DNA of 63,818 nucleotides, counting the filler, from Bigelowiella natans CCMP2755 (lineage: Eukaryota > Protista > Cercozoa), in NCBI GenBank assembly GCA_000320545.1. It is 7 parts of 7 records of this genome, joined end to end, with 100 filler letters (N's around TTAATTAATTAA, not from the genome) between each part and the next. Parts side by side here need not be neighbours in the genome. Positions count along the whole stretch, not along the records: positions 1 to 14,986 come from ADNK01001144.1; 6 more parts are not named here. The stretch is one strand, 5' to 3'. Positions 1-12,752 of the stretch are shown one piece after another (position 1 is the first letter of the stretch; each line of letters opens with the position of its first letter). Under the pieces are notes generated by a model. The model ran no database searches and was not told where the DNA came from. It saw only the letters and a program-made list of their open reading frames with translations. Position numbers and translations under genes: made by a program.

Positions 1-253
1 AAAATGGCTCTACCGCGGAGCTTTTTAACTATTCATTGAGCGTCGTTTTAGAATGTTGTGAGAAGGATACGCCCGGTGTTAAACCACCTTTTTTGTTTTG
101 CAGCTCATCCCCCTTACACCAGCGGGGGAATGAGCGAAGAAAGCCGAATATGATCCCCCCTCTCATATAGTTGCGCCGCACAAATGCCGAATTGTTTCTG
201 CTGTGGGGGGGGGCCGTAAGCACACACACACACACACACGCACACACACACAC

Positions 254-293
<40 letters not shown>

Positions 294-339
294 CAGCAAA
301 TGTATCTCCCCCTGTTTATTTATGGTGAGGGGGTGTACC

Positions 340-3328
340 TACAGATGGCGTTTACCGCATCTTCGACTAGGCGCATTCGTTTCGCTAGAAAATATCATGT
401 TAAGATCATCAGAGACGACGCACATGAGTGCGCGCATAGATGCGCGTAAAAGTAGAAGAGGGGGGAAGGGGGGGAGGGGGGGGGGAGAGTGAGAAGGCGG
501 TCCACATATGGCATGTTCATCTTTGCCCTCATTCTCTTCACTGGGTAGCACAAAAATTGTCAGGCGTCTAAGGAATCTCGGTCGCCGATCTCCACGTCCT
601 TCACTCATACTTGGGAGTTCGTAATACCTCCATTGCGCTTCTTGTTGAGCGTTTTCAGCGTAGTCTTTCCGATTCCATTCTCCACGAAGAAGTCCTCAAG
701 TTTCCTCGATCTCCGCTTGTGGTCCATTCGTCTCTGCGAAGCAATTAGCCACCGGAAAATGCAAGAATCGACTTATCTCAAAATTTCGTACGCGATGCGT
801 CGGTCAAGACGTTCACTCCGAGCATGTACGATCGATGCAATCTTTCATTATTTTCAGTCAATTCGTTTCAATTGTTCAGACGTTAGGCCCTCGAAATGTG
901 AGTGAGAGTGTGCGGAAGGACCTGTTTTGGCCAATCGCACATGGGCAAGAACCTTTCCTTGATTTCATCGTATTCCGCCTGTTTTTTGCGGGTCTCTTCT
1001 TGGAGACGCTGCTCCGTTTCCTTAAGCTCCTGACAAAATGATGACATAACGTTGATTCAAAATCGATGGGTTGGAGGTGTACAATCTTCGTCGCAAACAA
1101 ACACGTATACATAATTATTTACTTATGAATTAGATATATATATATATATTTATTTATTTATTTATTCATTTATTTATTTATATATTTGATCTAGGCGCTA
1201 TCGATAAATATGAAAAGCAAACGCCGTCCTTTTGTCGGAAAATTGCCGACCAAACATCGGCTCATGCACAGCGCTTTTATTCCGCGATGAGCTACCTCTG
1301 CAGACGGCAAATTGAATAAATCCGGATGTTTGTGGAGTAGCCCTGATAAAACCTGCGAAATATGGTCAAAGCTGATGCTGTGCTGTTTGCACGTGTAAAT
1401 GGGCCCAGAGAAGCAGCTCCCCTCCCCCTCCCTCTCGCAGTTGCCCGTTAACATCACAGAGATATAGCATTGTATTTGCTTGGGTAGGGAAACGGACAAA
1501 TTACACCAGGTAGAAGCAGAAGAGAGAACGATTGCGTGAGTCGAAAAGGAAAGCGAAAGGGGGGGGGGGGGGGGGAAGAGGGGGGCGAGGAGGAAGGGCC
1601 ACAGAAAAACAGATAACCCGAAATGAGTAGAAGTCGAGCATCAAGCCGTCGCTTTCTGCCCCCCCCCCATCTCCTCCATTCCACCCTTCGAGACGCGGTT
1701 CTTTCCGCCAATTCTTCTTCTTCTTCTTCTTGTTCTTCTTCATCTTCTTGCTCCTCCTGAGGTCCTCGTATATCCCAAAGATCTGTGAGGGCTTGTCCAC
1801 GGCCTCCCTCGGGTGGTAGATCCCACCGCTGTTGTGATCGTCAGCTTCTTCGTCGCTTTCGTCGCCGCGCATTCGCATAGAGCGCATTACGCTAGCAACG
1901 TCAGGCTGGCCATCTTCTGCCGCTGCTGCTGAGGATTTGACGGATGCCACGATGCCTGAGGAGGAAGGCTCCGCTGCCGCGCCCTTCAGAGGCCGGCTGC
2001 CCTTGAGAGTTTCTGTGGTGGAGATACATGGCGATGGGTGCTCAGTTGATTTAATTTATATAGTGTATAATATAATACAAATACACACACAGGCAGGCTA
2101 GCACACAATGCTCTCCCCGCCCTTACCCCCTCCTCCTCTCGCATTACGGTGCAATTCGAGAAGATAATGGTACGTTTCCGTCGGTATAGGCGTGCCGAGA
2201 TAGTTGCTCGACAGTGCTCTCTGCGCACATATGCATAAAATCAAAATTAACAACATTAACACTAGATAATTGTGCCAACATGATGGGGGGGGGGAGGGAG
2301 GGCAGAGAGAGAGAGAGAGAGAGAGGCAAAGGGAGAGAAAGAGAAAATCACAGAGAATAAATTCAATCGATGTTCGTTTTGGAAGTTGCTTGAAAGGAAA
2401 GAGAGATCTCACACCTGCGCTTGCTGTAGCGATATGTGTGTCAAATTCAGGGCATATTCATCAAATGCACGCTCCACCTGAGACACAGCGGAAAATAAGA
2501 TATATAAAAATATAAGATCAGGGAGGGGAAGGGATGGCGTCGGGGATCTCTCAGGAGGAAAAAAGCAACGTGTCCACCCGGTTGCAGCAGCCGCCACTGT
2601 TTTCATATCTGCCATTATTAATTACATTTTGTTCCCAGAGCGGATCCATCATCTTCCACAGAAAAGGAACTGTCATATCACGGGACATCACGAGCATCTC
2701 GAGGAGCTCACTGTCCGCCAATACGCGCTGCTTCACCTGAGGGTACAGCGTTGACCATATTCGGTTAATTCACACTCGCAGATGTAGGTAGGCCCCCATC
2801 TTTTCCATCAGCATTTCTCCAATTTGAGGCTACTTCGGCTTAACATCCCCCCCCCCCCCCCCCCTAGACGACACTCCCCTCGTCTTCCAAACCTGGCACT
2901 TATCAATAATATCTCGAAGAATGGAAGGAATGGCAACCCACAGCTCCTCCTTGTCGATAGGCTGTCCGGGGTATCTCTTCTTGTGCCGATGCTCGCGCAC
3001 GCCGAGCATCATCTGGGCATGACGCCCGCATTCAGCCACCTGTATTATGTCATTCGAGGTTATGATTCGCAGTGCTACTACATTTGCCGGCTTATCGAAT
3101 GAGCAGGGGTTGGATTACTTTGATGAGATCGCTCTGGGCCCACATCAGCGGCTTTATTGGCGGCAGCTTCGTGATCTTCTGCCACGGAGGCTCATTCGAC
3201 AGCTTGCTCAAAGCAAAATCGCGGTCCTGCAATGTTGGAGACAGCGGTGTGTTCAGGCTATAGGACATGCTCTTGTACCCTTGGGTGTGAAGGGACATGG
3301 GGAGGGCAGGATGAGGGGAAAACAGATG

Positions 3329-3384
<56 letters not shown>

Positions 3385-4254
3385 CATTCCTCTGGCGAAC
3401 AAGATACATCCATTATTTGCATTACCTCGGCTTGGTCCAGTAGAGACGGCATGTCTATTGGCCTAGTGGCCGTTGCCCCAGCATCACCACGCGTCTTAGC
3501 CAACATCACAACAAACAGAGGGAGGGGGGGGAGGAGAAGGAATAAGTTACAAGCGGCGTCGATGACTTCGTTTGCTTGCTCGCTGGTCAACAACAGCAGA
3601 AGGAAACCTTGTGTGTTAATTTGCGCGACATATTTGAGACTTCTGGAACGCCCAGCTCTTGTAAGAGACCCGAGTCTTCGAGACTAGTCATCGTTGGTTC
3701 GCGCTTTGGCGATCTTCCATCCGCCTCCCCCCCCCCCCCTCCCCTAGGCGGCACGGATGCAATTGGGGGTCCATTTTCGCTAGTCCACAATGTTTCGTTC
3801 TAGATTTGAGAGAAATGTGCCATGATGGATATGATGATGACTGAAGGGGAGACATGGGAGAACAAAGCGAATTGATAACATACCGCAATCTTCTTTCCAG
3901 GCAGAAGCTCCCCCGCTCTTCGTGCTGCTATGTTTCTTCGAGTTTTTTTGGCTGTAGCACTGTGGCCTCTCCGTCCAAGCCAGTCCCTTCGATCCACATA
4001 GCCAAACTGTTTCCATAGAGCAAAGGGGGAACCATCACTTTACAGCGTTTCGGATGCACATTCTAGGTGTCGTAACCTTCTCCACTCCCAACGTTATCGA
4101 CACTGCAACGTAAACGGCCAATAGTAGAAAGGCATGACTTGAAAACCTACGAGGGTGGGGACGATGAGCTGGTTGACGAAGACCGCTGCTCATAAGCGGG
4201 GGGAGGCAGCTGGGTGCTGCCAATTCGTCTCAGGGCATCGATTTTGCGTCGCCA
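340..4254 (-). CDS. Multi-exon hypothetical protein (boundaries approximate; may be more than one gene)
   Basis: Series of protein-like minus-strand segments separated by microsatellite-bearing introns, e.g. 3390-3790, 2925-3040 (AECGRHAQMMLGVREH), 2551-2736 (VLADSELLEMLVMSRDMTVPFLW), 1620-1990 (acidic/Lys-rich), 1270-1453. No family recognised. Confidence 0.4.
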
Positions 4255-4703
4255 TTCTTAGGTATAAATTTATCGTAAATATATCTAAGCTGTATTGTCA
4301 TATTCAAAATATATATAACTTCCTCCCTGAATAACCTTCTGTTTTCAATCTGCTCTTACCCAAGATATTTCTACATTAAATTGATGACTAGAATGGTATA
4401 TTTAATGGACTGAAGAGGTCTCAATATTTCCGATGTTTCCAGCTTGGATATCTGAATCTCAAACGCCGAGTTTCGCCAGGATTCGACATTGTTCTAGTTG
4501 TGCGGGCGGTAAATCCGAGGAAATCTGAAAAATGTAGGTGATTTTGTCGTTATATCCAGGTAAAAAACATGATTCTACAGTCGCACCTACGAATTCGGAT
4601 AATTGCAAAAATACAATGGGTTTTAGTAAAGGAATAAAAAATTAGGATGTCGCGTTTTGTAATTGGGTAATTTTGGTGTCGAGCTGCTACATCGCTTACC
4701 GCC

Positions 4704-5358
4704 ATGGCCGAGAGGGAGAGCTTGCCAACCCTCTCAGAATTTTTTACAGAGCTCAAGGGTCGTAGGGAGAAGGCCAAGGAGGAGGAGAGGAGACTGAAAG
4801 AGCAGGAAAAACTTATTCAGGAACTTGAGGACGATGATGAGGACTACGAGGAATACGAAGAGGTGAATACGTTGCGAAAGACATTCCCTAAGAATCCTGG
4901 TGACACCCCAGTTGAATGCCATTTCGTGTGATGCTTCTAGATACTAAACTAATGCTTAATCCCATACAATGTAGGAGGTGGAAGAGGAGGTTGCTCAGCC
5001 GTCTAGGGGTCGTGGCGCGGTCAAGCAGAGGGTCATCTGCGTGATCCCGAAAGGGTTTCGCCACCCAGACATCTCCATGGGGTCGGAAAAGAAGAAGCGT
5101 CAGCTCAAAATTCAAAAGAAAAAAAAGAAACCGGTAGTTATCAAAAGCAGAAATAATCAAGAGAATTCAACGAATAATGGAAGGGGACGAGGAAGGGGTA
5201 ACAGAGGGCGTGGGCAAAGAGGAAGAGGGGGAGGAGGAGGAGGAGGACGGGGAAGGTCTTCAAACGGGAACATGGGAAATAAAAGAAACCGAGGTGCTAC
5301 AAACGGTGGAGGACGAGGACGAGGACAAGGCCCCAAAAGACGACGGGGGAGATATTAG
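4704..5358 (+). CDS. Small charged protein with Lys-rich NLS-like stretch and C-terminal RGG/RG-rich tail (putative nucleic-acid-binding protein), 2 exons
   Basis: ATG 4704; GT-AG intron 4863-4974 joins ...YEE|EVEEEVAQ in frame; ends GRGRGRGNRGRGQRGRGGGGGGGRGR...PKRRRGRY-TAA at 5358. Confidence 0.75.
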
Positions 5359-6579
5359 AGACTGTATGTAAGCTTGAACGGTGGAAAGAATATAGAATAC
5401 CTAAAATATTATGTACGCACATCTAGACCTGCACACCTCTAGACATGTTTGTATGGACACGTATGCATGTACGATGCGAACATGTGCATTGCATTCCATT
5501 CCAGCAAATGTTACGACTGCCGCGGTCCTAACCCCACGAGACTCATCCACAGTCTAGCAATTCACACATATTTACAAGTCTAGATGTGCACACATATGCA
5601 CAGTACATGATGCAAGAACAATTTAGCAATCCGCCACTGCCTCCTATTCAACCATGCGTGTCTTGGTTGACTGAACGAATCTAGCTAGCTAGGAATATAG
5701 CTAATCTGCGATTTTCTAGATTTTTGTTCAATGGTGTAAGATGTCATTATGTGACATGCTAGCATGCTAGCATGTGACATGTTTGTCTGTGCGTCATTGC
5801 GCATGCTAGCATGTCTAGATGTCTGCAATCGACCATGCACTAGCTAGCTAGTGCATCTCACTGCACTAGCTCGATCGTCATGAGTGTGGATAATTCATTT
5901 GCACTACTTGAAAGGATCATTCTAGATCATCCGCTAGCTAGCTAGACACAACGTCATGTTTGCATGTCTAGATGTGTCGACATTCTCAACTCAATGGCAC
6001 TCACATCTAGCTAGACATCGCAACTCAATCTAGCAATGGCAATCACATCCATCGCATTAGCTAGATTAGCTAGCTAGCTAGCAAGACAGCAACGAGCACA
6101 ATCCATCAACATGTACATGAGGCACAAGGAATTGCACATGTCTAGATTCTAGATGTGCATGAATTGCTTTGCCAGTTAGCTAGATTGCGTTCTAGCGTTG
6201 TGCGTGTCAACCACAGATCGCTCTAGCTGACACGCGTGCGTCACGTTAGGATGCGTGCGGCAAATTAATTTGACATCGCAAGCAAGCGGGCTAGCGGGTG
6301 TGTGTGTGTGCTAGCTTGGCTAGTTAGCTCATTCATGTTGCACGCATTTGGACATTCATGTCACAGATGTGCACATCTAGACAGGACATGATTGATGCCA
6401 GGTGCCAATTAGCGCACGATTAGATGGGCTAATAACTTGGACAATTGCCTTCACAAAATTTTCGAACAAATAGGCCAAAACAAAAAATAGAGTGTAGCTT
6501 TCAAGTTCTCATACCCTGGCAAGAGTGTCAATGGCTGATGCCCAAATTTTGGGAAACAAGTTTAGAAATCCGATCAGAA

Positions 6580-7694
6580 ATGATCTTCCCATTCGGAGTA
6601 TGGGTTATCGCGTGCAGAGGCCTTCCCACTCTGTCCAGTCTGTACGGGAATTCCATATTCCTTGAGCTTAGAATCATTCTCTTTACTGTCCTGCTCGGTC
6701 TGTTGGACTGGCTCAGATGCAGCAGGACGAACATCCTCTTTGCACCACTGTTCAACATGTAGGAGGAGATCAGATGCAGTCGGCCGCTCCTACCAAAGTT
6801 CACCAAAGTACCAAAAACAAAAATCATCAAAGAATGTAGAATGCGTGCATTCGTGGAATTTATATCCCTCACCGTTGTTTCGACAATAATCTTTTCCACC
6901 ATGCTTTTTTCCTTTCAGCACAAGTGCGAGTTTGCGAAGAGAAAAATCCCTTGGTTAAGCCATTCTTTCACTGAAATGAAAGTGCGCATCACACCCATCC
7001 TCGTTGAAGCGATTGGTGAGTGCGACAGCGTGTATGACGATGGAGTCTCAGCGAGGACGGGAGGACGAGGGCCCGAAGACTCCTGTCATGTGGCTCTTCG
7101 TTCTTCTCTGTGAAAAAGTCATGCGCTGCATGAATCGTTGCGGTTTTAGGAACTACGATGCGACGGCAGCAGGAACGAGACGACGATGACAGTGAGCGAC
7201 GAAACCTGGCAGGAGTGAGCAGCTTTCGGTGCTTCAGATCATTCCTCTGGAACCGATGGATCAGTGTTGTCCCCGAATGAAAAACAGCAGATTAGTGATG
7301 TGAGCAAGAGCGTTCTAGGCGACAACATGAATCGATTCAAAACCATCTTCAAGCTGCTGTTTGTGCTTCTTGATGTGTGCCTTGATGCTCAAGTTCGACT
7401 TCATGGCGCGCGGTCGCCCACCCGCTCCAAAGCGGAAAAACACCAGATCAGCAGACACGGCCGATGCTAGCCCGTCGTTGCTTCAATGGCATTCCTCGTC
7501 ATCCCACTGATGCTCCCATCCCTCTCGCACATCGGCTACCGCTCCTTTTCACAGTGCATTCCTTCTCGGCGCTGGTTCTCCCCCTGCCTGTTCAACGGCT
7601 GTCCATGCCACTGAGTTTGTTTAAGCATTTGAAGATTGCTGAAAAATGATCTTTCTTTACCAGTTGTGTCTACCCACCCTCCTCCCACACCCAC

Positions 7695-7737
<43 letters not shown>

Positions 7738-8000
7738 GGAGAGTGAAAGAGAACATCAAAATTTGATGCAAAGAGCTCTTTTACCTCAACTCAACACAAC
7801 TGTCGTTCCCATTGACCTCGTTCTCTCCATGAGATGCACAATGGCAAAACCTCTTGAGATTCACGGGGAACAATGTTCATGTTTGCACATTGATGACACG
7901 TGCGATGGTGCGACAGTGGAAATTGATGCCGCTGTCATCATCTCCATTGTTGCTGATGATGGGATGTTCCAAAAGACTTTTCTAGTTTATTTTTTCAGTC
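6580..8000 (-). pseudogene. Degraded coding remnants inside the TpA-depleted island
   Basis: Protein-like pieces (tag|ERPTASDLLLHVEQWCKE...EWEDHF*, MKSNLSIKAHIKKHKQQLEDGFESIH) broken by stops. The ERPTASDLL motif resembles a protein-kinase C-terminus, but no other kinase motif is seen. Confidence 0.25.
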
Positions 8001-8503
8001 TGTCCAGCTTCGGTCAATCGAGCAGACGTCCGCAGGCAAGTGACGTGTCCTTTTGCGCGAATCACGAGATTCACACACTTCTCAAGTTCTGTCACGCCAT
8101 CATCAGCTGCAAATGTATCATGCTAGCAGCATGTTGCCATGCGAATTGGCAATCTGTGCGTCAAGGTTGGCTAGCAACAAGCAGCCCTCCTTTGTTTTCG
8201 TCGTGTGATCTGCATGCTAGCTAGCGACAGTCGTGCAGACTGAGACACAGATGGCTGCTAGAATTGCGCTCGGCTGTTTGGCACTAGCCATGCATGTAGC
8301 AGTGCTGAAGTGGCCATGTGGATTGCGCATTGTCTTGCATCGCACGAGTGAGTTCGCATGTGATGATGTCGAAAAAGCATTCGCTGCAACCAACACCACC
8401 ACTGCACTAGACCACCGCCATGAGCAGCAGTCGCTAAATCAACGACGCGACCATGCAACAAGCCCGTGCAGACAATGCAGCATTGTGAACACATCTAGAT
8501 GTG

Positions 8504-8543
<40 letters not shown>

Positions 8544-9110
8544 ACTGATGAAGCTGCGTACGGACATGCATGCGCTACGCGTACGTGCACATTGATTGCA
8601 CGTGCTAGCTTGCGTGTCGTGCACAAGTGCATTGGTGGACACGACCTATCGACAAAACATGATCATCACGTGACTGCACGTTGTCATAATTGTCTAATTG
8701 TCCTGATCTTCACCTGGTAATACTAAGCTTTCATGGCCGAAAGCACAAGAACACATTGTTTGCATGCAATAACATCAACATCTGGCCGTTGCATGTTTGG
8801 TCGTAGCATGCAAATACCGCCTAGCCATGCGTGCACGATGACTAGTTCCATGCTGTTGGGGACCACGATGAGTTCTAGCTGCAAGACGACGCAGAAAAAG
8901 GAAGTAATCGCATTGCGCAAGTGTGCACGTCTGATGTAGTGCAACATTGTCTCACATGCACTCTAGCACTTGCAGCTTGTCATGTTCAAAATTGATTTCG
9001 TGCATTCATGCATTAAAGAAAGCCTGGCATTCACAATCTAGCAATGGTAAACAATTTATTGCTCAGTATTTTCAAACTCAATGGTCAAAATGGATGATTC
9101 AAGAACACTG

Positions 9111-10046
9111 TCAGTGTGTGGAATTAAAACGATCCATGTTTGTGAATTTGGCAGGTGTAGCGGGAGAAGATGTTCGCATCTTCATGACCCGTGATGTTGC
9201 TTGGATAGCATGGCTGCAACTATTTCTAGAAGGAATGAATGTCATCGAGGTATGCTCTTCAAAGCCGTATCCTTTCCCAGTTGTAATGGCATCTTGATTC
9301 GCACCCAAAAAGAATGCTGTGAAATGGTCCTCCTTACGAGCCTTTTCAAGCTCGCTCTTCAAAGCTTCGGCGTTCTTCATGGACACGTTGTCTTCTCCGT
9401 CTGTAAGGAGCATGAAATTTTGAATGATCTTTCTAGAGGTCTTCTCCTCTTGTGTCGCTTCTAAACTCTCCAAGTGTGACTTAACATTAGATTTCAGATG
9501 CGTTAGCTGTTCCAGGGCTGTATCAATTAGTCTGGTCATTCCTCTTGGTTTTAGCCAATGTTTCAGGTCCTTGTACGTCGGCAAGTCGGTCTTCAAAATG
9601 TTAACATTTTCTAACCGCACCTCGGTCTTATCGTCGAAAGTGGTAAGCGAAATGAAGGTTGGAACATTCGTCTCTCCTGCCGTTTTCTTTTGCTCTGCCA
9701 GGAGGTTGAATATCTGCTCTACGGTGCCAGATCCCATAGCGGACATTGAGCCCGACCGGTCGATCAGGATCTCTACAAAGGTTGCTATCGGTGGCTCAGC
9801 ACTCGGTGCAGTTTGCGTTGCTGGAGAAGCAGCTTTGGCCGTCGCCGGAGATTTTGTGGTTTCAGGGAGTTGGACCCATTCACCTTCTTCGACAGCCAGA
9901 GATCTCTTCGAAGTCAGTCCCTCTCGAGGAGGTTGTTCACGTTTGTGGTCATCATCGTTCCTTTTCACGGTTTTGATGCGTTGGTGGCGTATTGGTGACA
10001 TGTCTCTACGTTCGGGCTTTGACTCTATGCGTTCGGGTTTTGACAC
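9111..10046 (-). CDS. von Willebrand factor A (vWA) domain protein, intronless over the domain
   Basis: MIDAS motif ILIDRSGSM, LTTFDD, PRGMTRLIDT, LLTDGEDN, FFLGANQDA. Frame is open upstream to ~10157 but has no upstream in-frame ATG, so the true start is uncertain. Confidence 0.85.
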   Translation of the reverse strand: MSKPERIESKPERRDMSPIRHQRIKTVKRNDDDHKREQPPREGLTSKRSLAVEEGEWVQLPETTKSPATAKAASPATQTAPSAEPPIATFVEILIDRSGSMSAMGSGTVEQIFNLLAEQKKTAGETNVPTFISLTTFDDKTEVRLENVNILKTDLPTYKDLKHWLKPRGMTRLIDTALEQLTHLKSNVKSHLESLEATQEEKTSRKIIQNFMLLTDGEDNVSMKNAEALKSELEKARKEDHFTAFFLGANQDAITTGKGYGFEEHTSMTFIPSRNSCSHAIQATSRVMKMRTSSPATPAKFTNMDRFNSTH

Positions 10047-10379
10047 TGACGCCCTTTCCTCCAGAATAGCTTTCTCATCGGCAGCGGCCCAGAAGCGGCT
10101 CAGGAGGAAAAATCTCGATAAAAACCGAGGTGAAACGGAGGTGGTTTTCCCCCTAAATCACTCCCCTGCAGTCCTCTGCGTTCATTTCTCGGAACCGGAA
10201 ACAAAACAGAAGAAATTGAAGCTGAAAAACCAGAAAACGCAGGGAATTTTTAGCCATTTGAAATTCCAGATCGCAAGTCAACCAGCCGGGGGTTCGCACA
10301 TTCTTACGAAATCCTGAAATCCACAAACAATCCTTGTCGCATTACCAAAATTACCAACATTTCAAGATCGGAGTCCCTT

Positions 10380-11180
10380 CCTGCGAGCACCGCCCAAGGA
10401 ATTGGCTGCTGGCACACACTGCGTGCAATGTCGAACAGGTCGAGCTAAAAAGGGCGATCTTCTTGCTACATCTGAACCAGCCAAACAGGCCAAACAGGGG
10501 AGGAGGAATGATGATTTAGAGCCTGAAACCCAACCCCAAAAGGTTGGCAAGGCACAAGTTGTCTCTAAAGATGAGGGTTTCTTCGATGTGATGGATGACA
10601 TGACGGATACGAATTTCTGAACTTGAAGTTCAAATGACTTGGGTTTCTCAATGAAAACTCACATTGTGTCTTTGGAGCTTAATGCTCCCTTTCAATCATT
10701 TTGAGCTGTTTTCCCTAGCATCTGAATGACTAAATCAAAAGAAATCAATCAATAATTTAATCTCGATGGAATTTAACATTGCGTCGGGAGGATGCGTTAG
10801 TGTGCTCCCAATGTTCCTTGTGCTCTTTCGACCATGCTCGTACCCATCTTACCAACGACACTAAGTCCGCTGGTTTGGGGAGATGAGCGCGGGTTCAACG
10901 GCCTCCTCGGTGTTTACCGTAAGACTCTCGGAAAATCGTATACCCTGCGGCGACCAAGGAAAGAGTGGGAGACACTCCTAAACCAGCAAAGTTTAAAGAT
11001 CTCTACAAGGCGCTAGGCATCAGAAACCTGGAATGGTAGCTTCCTGACAACGTTGAACGGGTGATTGCGTGATTGCTGAAGTCCCAGATGACAACGATGA
11101 AGATGATGATGAAGATCAAGGGAACCACGACGACATGAACGACATTGACAAGGACGAATGGTATTTCTTGATGTGCAGTT
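10380..11180 (+). pseudogene. Disrupted gene remnant, divergent from the vWA gene
   Basis: Protein-like segments (PPKELAAGTHCVQCRTG..LLATSEP; KPAKFKDLYKALGIRNLEW*LPDNVERV; acidic DDNDEDDDEDQ tail) interrupted by stops. Confidence 0.3.
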
Positions 11181-11745
11181 TGAAATTTTAAAATCCAAAT
11201 TTGGGGGTAGTACATTACTACTATGAGATAATTTGCAAAATCCGAAATGTGTACACATAGTCAATGTTTTGTAAGAACCATGATATCATCAGGAGCACAA
11301 AAATGCATCCGCTGTGAAGATGCGACAGCAATCGAGTTCCATGCTTGTGATAATGTGATGCGGTCATTTGCGTTAGCTAGTTAGGTCAGATGGCTCGATG
11401 GTTACATCACGCCACATGAGTGGCAGCAGCATATACTGCATCAAGTAATGATGGATCGTAGCACGCAAAGCAATCAATTCGTAATACTGGCAAAAACTAG
11501 TCGCACGCATGTGAGTGGCTACTGGTGCTCATCAGCAAGTCAGCTTTGCAATGCTGCTGCATGTGCAGAGTCAATGTTTCTGCTAAGCGACCACAAACGG
11601 TAGCTTAGGCTACTTACACTAGTATATGCTAGCATGGCCTCAGTATTGATGTTAGTCGACTTCGTGAATTACACCTAGTTAACCTTGCCCGCTATAGCCA
11701 TCGAGAAGGTAGATCATGGCTCTTGCTACACATATCTAAATATTG

Positions 11746-12708
11746 CTACCGCCCCGCCGAGCGGTGGTTCACGCGCAAAACTGTTCTACGGAGTCCATTG
11801 GAATTTTCCAAAGCGTGGCCGTTCAACGCAGCAATCGCGTTTTCGGCGGCTTCCGCGCTCGCCATGTTAACAAATCCATGCCCTCTGCTACGACCGGTTC
11901 TTCTGTCCCTCACCACTGATGCACTGTAAACAGTGCCGCTTCGTTGGAACAGCTCGTACAGGTCGACGTCACCGTAGGAGAATGGCAAGCCGCCAACAAA
12001 AAGCTGGGCAATGCCGCCGTTAGAACAACCAGCTTTATTTGGACGCGAGTCCCTCGACGATGATACGATTATCGGCTGCTCCGAGGTACCATTTCTTTTA
12101 GCAATGCTAGAGTCTTCTTGCGAATCGTTTCCGCCATTATCGCTGCCGCTGAGCATTCTCTCTCTCCTTGGCTGTTGTTTTCGACGTTTTGATCCGGGTT
12201 CAGGGCATTTTCCACCTGCGTCTCGACGATGATTCGGGCTACTATCCCGCCCCCCCTTTCTTTGCCGCTCCATCGCCCTTCGTCCACTTCTTCCTGCTCG
12301 TGTCATTGAGCTCGGATGTCTATAAGTTTCGAGTTCGCCTTTTCCCCTCCTCTTCTTCTCCCGTCCTCTCCCCACGTCGCTTTCTTCCGCTTTCTCCACA
12401 GAGCCCCCCTTCCCTCGTACACCTTCATTGTTGGCCCTCCTCCTATTTTCCGCCTTTGAAGAAGCGGGGCGACGAAGAGAGAGCGCAACATTACCATTTT
12501 TATGTAGTGTTTCCACGAAGACTCTCAGTACCGTTCCAAAAAGAAGCGGGTCAGTGCGCGATGAATCTCCTGAGGGAAGAGAATAGGGTTTAAAGCGATT
12601 CCAAAGATTTCCTGGCATTCTTTTTTTTTGTGGTTTCAAAACCTCACCATTCTCAACCCACTCTTTGCGGCAGAGCCAAGAGTCATTGGTTGACCAAAAG
12701 TGAACGTG

Positions 12709-12752
<44 letters not shown>

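Noticed and set aside
5370-9110. CpG-methylation decay or classical RIP as cause of the CA/TG excess
   Set aside because: CpG is retained and TpA is lost rather than gained, the opposite of both processes.
9424-10317. 297-aa plus-strand ORF
   Set aside because: Antisense shadow of the vWA gene; no protein motifs.
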